Positions 57,589 to 64,000 of a stretch of 64,000 nt of DNA are shown one piece after another. Made by a program: the position numbers and the translations under genes. The stretch's first letter is position 1. Each line of letters begins with the position of its first letter. The notes below the pieces were generated by a model. That model was given only the letters and a program-made list of their open reading frames with translations. It was not told the DNA's origin and did not search any database. Source of the DNA: an uncultured Syntrophaceae bacterium (lineage in GTDB: Bacteria > Desulfobacterota > SM23-61). The DNA is taken from positions 339-64,338 of the forward strand of contig CAZAGD010000130.1 in the NCBI GenBank assembly GCA_964484485.1. Direction: 5' to 3'.

Positions 57589-59451
57589 TTAGAGCAGGCG
57601 GCGATATTTCCATTGCGAGGCGACTAAAAGGGCAAATATACTAATCCCCAAAAGGTCGGTAAAGATTTCTGGAATCATTAGAATGAAACCGGAGAGAATA
57701 AAAAGCGCGGACTTGACCAAACCCAGGTCTTTCCATAACCAACGGTCAAAACCAAATGAGAAAGCCAGAACTCCCAAAATGGCCGTCACTGCACTTTGAA
57801 GAATCCAGAAAGGACTGCCTTCCCAGATAAGCACGGGATTATAAACGATTAAAAAAGGAACTAAGAATTTAGGAAAACCAAGCCGGCAAGCAATCCAGCC
57901 CACTTTCATGGGATCGCCGCCAGCGATTTGAGCCCCCGCATAAGCAGCCAAGGCAACTGGCGGAGTGATAGCGGAAAGAATGCATGACCCAAAGACAAAC
58001 ATATGGGCGGCGAGAACAGGCACTCCTAATTTGATGAGGGCCGGTGCTCCAATCATGGCCGCGAGGATATAGGCAGCGGTAGTGGGCATGCCCATACCCA
58101 GAATGATGCAGGCCACCATTACCAAAAGAAGGGTGGCTAAAAAGTTTCCTCCCGAAATTTTTAAGAGAATGCTCACGAAGCTTATTCCTAACCCAGTAAC
58201 TTCTAAAGCACCAACAACAATTCCCGCACATGCACAGGCCACTCCGATCATAATGGCATTGATCGCTCCAGTCTCTAATGATTTCCATATTCCCTTTAAG
58301 CCAATGCGGCTGCTCTTCCTAATCATAGCTACTCCTATTAAAACTATGGTAGCGGCGAAAGCAGCGCGGAAAGGAGTATATCCAGCGACCAGGAAGTAGA
58401 CCAAGGTTCCCATAGGAATTAGGAAGTGCAATCCGCCAGTAAACACCTCGCCCAAAACTGGAAGTTCCTTTACATCCATACCTCTTAGGCCTTTCTTCAT
58501 GGCTTCCGCATGAACTCCCGAGTAAATAGAGACATAGTAAAGCAGGGCGGGGAGTAAAGAGGCGAGACAAATTCTTGCATAAGATACGCCAATGAATTCA
58601 GCCATGACAAAAGCGGCTGCTCCTAAGATCGGTGGGGTGATTTGGCCCCCCGTAGATGCGGAAGCTTCTACGGCACCAGCAAAATTAGGTTGATAACCAA
58701 ATCGTTTCATTAAAGGAATGGTAAAAGTGCCAGTTCCGTAAACATTAGCGGCAGCGCTTCCGGAAATTGATCCAAACATAGCGCTGGAAATTACCGCTAC
58801 TTTGGCCGGACCACCGGTTAATCTGCCTACCATAGCCAGAGCCATATTGATGAAAAAGCGTCCCCCGCCAGTCACTTCCAAGAATGCTCCAAAAAGGACA
58901 AAGAGGTAGATATATGTAGCCGAAACTCCCGCAGGAATGCCAAACACTCCTTGAGGAATGAGAAACATATGCTCTATAAGAGTTAGAGGATTAGTCGCTC
59001 GGATGGTAAAAGGTTCGGGGAAGTAGTTGCCGAAAAGAGCATATAAAATAAAGATTCCTCCTATGGAAGTTAAAGCCCAACCAGCTACTCTCCTGGCTGC
59101 TTCTAAGGTAAGGAGGATAGTAAGAATGCCAAAAACTATATCTAAGGGGGCAATGGGTCCAAAATACAAGTCCCGTTTAATAATCCGATCGTGTTCTATG
59201 ATCATGTAAAAATCAATGGCCAGAGCTAGTCCGGCCAGGATAAGGTCAATGGGGTAGACGATTCGCGGAGGTAGTTTTCTCGAGACTGGTAAGACCAGAA
59301 AGGCCAAGGCCAGTAAGGTCAAAATGTGCACGGAGCGCTGCATCATCGTTTCGAAAACTCCGAAGGCTCCCGCATAAAGGTGGAAGAGGGAAAGGGAAAC
59401 GGCAATGCCCCCGATGATGGGTTTGGCAATTCGGTGTTCTTTAAGTTCCAT
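57589..59451 (-). CDS. TRAP fused 4TM/12TM permease (TAXI-associated)
   Basis: GGPAKVAV, ASTGGQITPP, GMGMPTTAAY, ITPPVALAAY. Confidence 0.9.
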   Translation of the reverse strand: MELKEHRIAKPIIGGIAVSLSLFHLYAGAFGVFETMMQRSVHILTLLALAFLVLPVSRKLPPRIVYPIDLILAGLALAIDFYMIIEHDRIIKRDLYFGPIAPLDIVFGILTILLTLEAARRVAGWALTSIGGIFILYALFGNYFPEPFTIRATNPLTLIEHMFLIPQGVFGIPAGVSATYIYLFVLFGAFLEVTGGGRFFINMALAMVGRLTGGPAKVAVISSAMFGSISGSAAANVYGTGTFTIPLMKRFGYQPNFAGAVEASASTGGQITPPILGAAAFVMAEFIGVSYARICLASLLPALLYYVSIYSGVHAEAMKKGLRGMDVKELPVLGEVFTGGLHFLIPMGTLVYFLVAGYTPFRAAFAATIVLIGVAMIRKSSRIGLKGIWKSLETGAINAIMIGVACACAGIVVGALEVTGLGISFVSILLKISGGNFLATLLLVMVACIILGMGMPTTAAYILAAMIGAPALIKLGVPVLAAHMFVFGSCILSAITPPVALAAYAGAQIAGGDPMKVGWIACRLGFPKFLVPFLIVYNPVLIWEGSPFWILQSAVTAILGVLAFSFGFDRWLWKDLGLVKSALFILSGFILMIPEIFTDLLGISIFALLVASQWKYRRLL

Positions 59452-59469
59452 GGAATTGCTCTTTCATAA

Positions 59470-59520
59470 AAAGTCCCCATGCCCATTTAACAAAGATAAA
59501 AAATAGGGCAAGGGGACTTT
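59470..59520 (-). terminator. Intercistronic hairpin between the TAXI gene and its permease
   Basis: aaagtccccatgccc / gggcaaggggacttt. Confidence 0.5.
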
Positions 59521-59568
59521 GGAAGTTATTCAGTGTTTAAGCTGCCCCAGCAAAGAAGCTACGATTGC

Positions 59569-60576
59569 TTACTTGAGTAAACCTTTTTCCCGGTAATACA
59601 TTTCCGCTCCTTTGTGGAGAGGAAGGCCGGTATTTTTGGCAATATCTGCTGATTTGAAGGTAACAAGACCTTTGTGGAAAGATTGGAATTTGCCTTCATT
59701 TTCCGCCAATGCTTTCACCAAGGTATAGACGATATCATCCCCGAGATCTGCCCGAACAGCGAAGACACCTGAATCTGCCGGCGCTAAGAGGTCATGATCC
59801 AATCCTTTAAAACTCCCAGCCCGCAATTTTTTCCTTTCCAAGAAACCGTATTTGCGAGTCATGATTTGATATAGATCATCATCCCACTTCAGGAATTTTA
59901 TATCGCGCACCGTGCTTAGCTCCATTAACCAGCCAATTCCTTCAGCTCCCACAGCCAATATTCCATCAGCATGACCATCCTTCACTAAACTTACGGCATC
60001 GGCCCAAGGAACAAAGTTCATCTTTCCACCCCAGGCATCAATATCTTCCCATTTGGTTCCCATTTCAGAGAAAGCCATCCGCCAGATCCACTCCGTGGCA
60101 TTTCCCCGAGCTAATGTGCATAGCCTGGCTTTCATTTTCTTCTTGACGATTTCCCCTACTGAATCTGCTGGAAAATCCTTGCGGACTACAGCAAAATAAA
60201 AATTATCGTCCTGGACACTAGCCATAGCTTTTACATTCGGTAATGGCTCAGGAAAAGGTCCTTTCCTTTCGTGGGCCATTTTGCTCATCACCAGAGTGGT
60301 GCTACCGAAATCAATTTCCCCTTTTTGAATTCGGTGAATATTGCCAATCCAGGCCCCCGGAACGATGGTTATTTTTATCTTTGGATAAATTTCTTCCACG
60401 ATCTTAGCTAAAGCAGTCACCTGCACATACCCAATTCCTCCCACCGCCCCTCCAGCGGCTTTCAAGGAAGCCGAGACTTTTGTTGGGTCAATTTTTTGAG
60501 CCTGGGAAAGGGGTGCAAAAAATAAAAGAAGATTAAAGGTAACTAAAAATAAAATACAAAAGATTTTTTTATTCAT
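59569..60576 (-). CDS. TAXI family TRAP solute-binding protein
   Basis: Signal peptide; GGAVGGIGY, DDIVYTLVKAL, PLHKGAEMYYREKG. Confidence 0.88.
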   Translation of the reverse strand: MNKKIFCILFLVTFNLLLFFAPLSQAQKIDPTKVSASLKAAGGAVGGIGYVQVTALAKIVEEIYPKIKITIVPGAWIGNIHRIQKGEIDFGSTTLVMSKMAHERKGPFPEPLPNVKAMASVQDDNFYFAVVRKDFPADSVGEIVKKKMKARLCTLARGNATEWIWRMAFSEMGTKWEDIDAWGGKMNFVPWADAVSLVKDGHADGILAVGAEGIGWLMELSTVRDIKFLKWDDDLYQIMTRKYGFLERKKLRAGSFKGLDHDLLAPADSGVFAVRADLGDDIVYTLVKALAENEGKFQSFHKGLVTFKSADIAKNTGLPLHKGAEMYYREKGLLK

Positions 60577-60689
60577 GAAAATCCTCCTTTTTATTGCGGT
60601 AATTTTCCCTCCCTGGGGGGAAGAATCATTTTTAGCAAATAAATTATATAATAAATAAAATCTCTTTGGTCAACATTTTTCTCATAAAT

Positions 60690-60855
60690 ATTAATGGCAG
60701 CATAAAATAAATGACATCTTGACGCAGGTTCAGCTTGTCGCTTGCTAAATATAATTCATAGCGTAAGGATTCAGCGCCCCCCAACCCCCTCTTAAAACCC
60801 AACTTTTCTGTCACTCCTACGCAAGCGGGAGTCCATAAATGGCTTGAAAATACTG
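60690..60855. repeat. Degenerate repeat remnants
   Basis: attaatggcagcataaaataaatgacatcttga matches the ends at 16365 and 34667; gtcactcctacgcaagcgggagtcca...ctggattc belongs to the palindrome family. Confidence 0.6.
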
Positions 60856-61027
60856 GATTCAAGCGGCGGAGCCATAACTTCTTTTTCGCCCTAAAGACGC
60901 TCCCTCTATTTGGATTAGCTCATGGTTGGCTATTTTGGAAAAAATTTGGAAATCGAAAAAGTTGCAAATTTAAGTAGATCAGGTTAAATTAATGGCAACT
61001 TTTTAAGTTGGAAAACAACATAATTTT

Positions 61028-61879
61028 ATGCTTTCTTCTGACCAAGAAAATTTTATTCTGCAGCATGCTTATATACCCGAGCATATAATCAATTTAATGG
61101 TCGGACTCTCCCGAGGAGAGCCGTTCTATGAAAATGGTTACGTTTATTTTGTAAAGAAAGATGTACTTATTTTTATCGGCTATCGCTTACCGGAGATTTT
61201 TCTATCAGAGGATTGCGGTCCATTTATGCGCCAGATTATTAAAAAATTTCGCCCAGAAACCACTTGGTTTATTGCCCCGGAAATCCCTCCCTCGTTAAAG
61301 AATGAAGTGCAGGAAAGAGAAAGTGACTTTTACTATATATTAAAAGTTGCCTCAACGAGTTTTCGGCAAAGGTTACTGCGCGAAGCCGAAAAAGCTGCCC
61401 GTCAGTTAGTAGTAACAAAGTCACGCGAATTTTCAGCGGAGCATATTTTGCTCACGAAAGAATACTTAGGCCAAGAGAATTTACCTGGAAAAATAAAAGA
61501 GCTATTTAACCGGCTTCCGGAATATATAAAATATTCCTCCTCCTCCCTAATCTTGAGCGCTTGGGATGAAGGGGGAAAGCTAAGCGCTTATTATGTATTA
61601 GAATTGGCGGGCGGAAGATTTATCACTTATGTCTTGGGAGGCTATTCCAAGAAAAATTATGTCCCCCACGCTTCTGATCTTTTGTTTTTAGAAATGTATA
61701 AACTGGCCAAAGAAATGCAGAAGGAATATATCCATTTGGGTTTAGGGGTAAATGAAGGAATCCGCAGATTTAAAATAAAATGGGGAGGAGTTCCGTACCT
61801 GCAATATGAGGCTGGAGCCATCTGGAGTAAAAGCAAATTATATTTTCCTTTTTTTAATACTTTAAAAGAAAAGTTATGA
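61028..61879 (+). CDS. Hypothetical FemX/GNAT-fold protein (paralog 1)
   Basis: C-terminal ASDLLF..IHLGLGVNEGIRRFKIKWGG resembles Fem/Acetyltransf_6/DUF2156 C-termini; paralogous to 62730. Confidence 0.6.
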   Translation: MLSSDQENFILQHAYIPEHIINLMVGLSRGEPFYENGYVYFVKKDVLIFIGYRLPEIFLSEDCGPFMRQIIKKFRPETTWFIAPEIPPSLKNEVQERESDFYYILKVASTSFRQRLLREAEKAARQLVVTKSREFSAEHILLTKEYLGQENLPGKIKELFNRLPEYIKYSSSSLILSAWDEGGKLSAYYVLELAGGRFITYVLGGYSKKNYVPHASDLLFLEMYKLAKEMQKEYIHLGLGVNEGIRRFKIKWGGVPYLQYEAGAIWSKSKLYFPFFNTLKEKL

Positions 61880-62730
61880 AATTACCAAAAATCCTCTCTT
61901 CCTTCATAAGCAGGGGAGAGAAAAATTTAAAGATGGTTTGGGAAGTTAGTAATCAGGGCCGAGTTAATTTTCTTATTGGCACGGCCCATTTTTCTCCTTA
62001 TCATTATCGAAAATCTCTTCACTATTTAATAGAAAAATCTGCTAAAGTCATATTTGAAGGCCCCCTTGATGAGGAAAGCAGACAAAAAATAGTGGCTAGG
62101 GGAATGCAGAGCAATGGGAGAGATATTTTAAAGAGTTTGGATGAGCCGACTGTTTTAAAATTAAGAAAAATTATGGAAGATCTTTTCGTTTCTCAAAACG
62201 TTTTGTCTGTTATCTCCCCATGGCCGTTAAGCAAAAGTCAATTTTTATTTGATTTTTTCCAAAATCGCCGACCTTGGTTGGCTTTTTTCCAAATTTGGGC
62301 GCACTTTTTAAAGAAGCATGGCTGGCTATACTCCCTTGATCTGGAAGCTTGGCAAATGGCCCGGAAGTTGGGCAAAGAAATTGTTTTTTTGGAAACCATT
62401 GAAGAGCAAATTGCCGGTTTAGAAGGCATTCCCTTAGAAAGGATCGTTAATTTTCTAAAAAAGATAGACTTTTGGGATGAGTTAGCTAAAAATTATGCTC
62501 AACTTTATTCCGAGGGAAAGATAGAGGCTTTGTTAGCAGTTACGAAAGATTTTCCCACGCGCTGTCCAGCGATTGTGGAAAATAGGGACCCGGTTATGTT
62601 TAATCGGTTGCGCAGCATTTTTGCGGAAGGCCAAGGGATTGCCTTTTTAGGGACAGTTCATCTTCCCGGAATAAATAAAAGATTGCAGCAGGAAGGATAC
62701 GAGCTAAAACAGATTTTAAACATTAACTAA
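61876..62730 (+). CDS. TraB/GumN (Tiki-like) family protein
   Basis: FLIGTAH, VIFE, LETIEEQI, NRDPVM, GTVHLPGI..LQQEGY; overlaps both neighbouring genes. Confidence 0.75.
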   Translation: MKLPKILSSFISRGEKNLKMVWEVSNQGRVNFLIGTAHFSPYHYRKSLHYLIEKSAKVIFEGPLDEESRQKIVARGMQSNGRDILKSLDEPTVLKLRKIMEDLFVSQNVLSVISPWPLSKSQFLFDFFQNRRPWLAFFQIWAHFLKKHGWLYSLDLEAWQMARKLGKEIVFLETIEEQIAGLEGIPLERIVNFLKKIDFWDELAKNYAQLYSEGKIEALLAVTKDFPTRCPAIVENRDPVMFNRLRSIFAEGQGIAFLGTVHLPGINKRLQQEGYELKQILNIN

Positions 62731-63563
62731 TGCTTACGCCTAAGGAAGAAGAATATCTTAAAAATCAGGCTTACATCCCCGAGCATCTGCCCGGATATGG
62801 AGCCGTAATCTCGCAGACTGAGCCTCTGCTCGAAGACGATTTTCTTTTTTATGTTGGGAAGGGATTCCTCATATTTGTGGGTTATCCTCTGAGCAAAAAA
62901 TTTATCAAGAGAGAGGCCCAAAAAATTTTACAAAAAGTGATTAAACGTTTTCAACCAGCCCAAGTAGCGATTTTGGGTCCCGAGATTCCTCTACCCAGAG
63001 TAAATCTCGTCCAAGAGGACGCTTATTTTAAATTAGATTTAGCCAACCTGAGTATTCCTGGTAAAGTTAAAAATATGATAAAAAGGGCCCATAAAGAAAT
63101 TCGAGTAGAAATGAGCCGAGAGTTTAAAGATGAACATCAGCAGCTCATCAACGAGTTTTTGCATACTCATCCCCTCGACGAAGCCACCAAATATATTTAC
63201 CAAAGAATTCCGCAGTACTTAACAGCAACCTCTTCAGCCTGTCTTTTTAATGCGCGCAATGGACAAGGGAACTTGGTCGCCTTTGATGTGGCCGAATTTG
63301 GAGCCCAGGCCTATGCCTTTTACATGTTCAATTTTCGGTCGGCTCGTTATCATGTCCCCGGCACTTCTGATCTCCTTCTTTATTCCATAATTAAAGAAGC
63401 TCAAGAGCGCGGCAAAACCTTCATTAATCTGGGATTAGGTATAAATGGGGGAGTTACTTTTTTCAAGAAGAAATGGGGAGGTGTTCCCTTTCTCCAGTAT
63501 AAATATACAGTTTATCATCCTGATTATCCTCGGTCCTTAGAGGGCCTTTGGCAGAAGATGTAA
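62730..63563 (+). CDS. Hypothetical FemX/GNAT-fold protein (paralog 2)
   Basis: Shares AYIPEH, LIF(I/V)GY, SDLL, LGLG(V/I)N, FKxKWGGVP with 61028. Confidence 0.6.
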   Translation: MLTPKEEEYLKNQAYIPEHLPGYGAVISQTEPLLEDDFLFYVGKGFLIFVGYPLSKKFIKREAQKILQKVIKRFQPAQVAILGPEIPLPRVNLVQEDAYFKLDLANLSIPGKVKNMIKRAHKEIRVEMSREFKDEHQQLINEFLHTHPLDEATKYIYQRIPQYLTATSSACLFNARNGQGNLVAFDVAEFGAQAYAFYMFNFRSARYHVPGTSDLLLYSIIKEAQERGKTFINLGLGINGGVTFFKKKWGGVPFLQYKYTVYHPDYPRSLEGLWQKM

Positions 63564-63568
63564 TTAAA

Positions 63569-64000
63569 ATGAGTATATATTTTTGGAAGAAATTTTGGTC
63601 AAGAAAACCTAAGAAAAAATTTGGAGCGTGGCAGATAGAATTGACTTCGCGTTGTCCCTTGCAGTGTCGGATGTGCAATCGCATAGAATATCGCGATTTT
63701 CCCCGGCAAGACATGCCCTTCGCCAATTTTAAAATGATACTGCCTTATTTAAAAGAAGTGGAGACAGTCATTTTAGAGGGGTGGGGAGAATCACTTCTTT
63801 ATAAAAATCTCCCGGAATGCATTCGCTTAGTCAAGAAGGAGGGTAGTCAAGTCGGGTTTGTAACTAGCGGGCAAGGTCTAAATGAAGGTTATATTAATGA
63901 ACTCTTGGCGGCGGGCGTAGATTTTATGGGTTTCTCTTTAGCGGGCACGACGGCCCAGACTCATAATGCCATCAGAAGAAACTCTTCCTTGACGGAATTG
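63569..64000 (+). CDS. Radical SAM protein; runs off the right window edge
   Basis: Not in the ORF track. ATG at 63569 gives ...WQIELTSRCPLQCRMC (CX3CX2C), LEGWGESLLY, VTSG, FSLAG. Confidence 0.85.
   Translation, partial: MSIYFWKKFWSRKPKKKFGAWQIELTSRCPLQCRMCNRIEYRDFPRQDMPFANFKMILPYLKEVETVILEGWGESLLYKNLPECIRLVKKEGSQVGFVTSGQGLNEGYINELLAAGVDFMGFSLAGTTAQTHNAIRRNSSLTEL

Noticed and set aside
57570-57592. Further copy of the promoter-phased motif (tagacggttag)
   Set aside because: It lies between convergent genes, overlaps a stop codon and has no -35 at 12 bp; chance match or decayed far end. Not counted.
60644-60862. 72-aa ORF as precursor peptide for the radical SAM operon
   Set aside because: It is on the opposite strand and made of repeat-derived sequence (WTPACVGVT comes from the palindrome).
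2007-63726. Numerous short ORFs nested in or antisense to long genes
   Set aside because: They show no family motifs and are explained as shadows of well-supported CDSs.

Overview
A 64-kb gene-dense chromosomal window from an anaerobic diderm bacterium, probably Desulfobacterota-like (inferred from lolA/lapA, AOR, class II RNR and a PurS-fused PurL). Housekeeping genes: nrdJ (partial), fba-fbp, serS with two tRNA-Ser, plsC, ftsK-lolA-rimO, tmk-holB-ricT-metG, purL-purQ. These are interleaved with solute-scavenging modules: 2 TTT, 1 TRAP, 1 TAXI-TRAP and 2 ATPase-less peptide ABC systems, next to GGT, a CoA-transferase, AOR, an M20 peptidase, ADHs, an OYE and LarA. I saw no transposase, integrase, phage or CRISPR. 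The intergenic DNA holds several families of short non-autonomous repeats. The strongest signal is one family whose end (GACGGTCAG, 7 close and 3 degenerate copies) sits exactly 12 bp upstream of a TTGnnn -35 hexamer at ten unrelated promoters. This suggests promoter-targeted MITE insertion or a phased global regulatory element. Also notable: an uncharacterised FemX/GNAT-TraB-FemX/GNAT-radical SAM operon at the right edge, 11-nt units inserted at the same site of a palindromic repeat, and a DnaA-box triplet in an AT-rich gap. All coordinates and alignments were made by eye.
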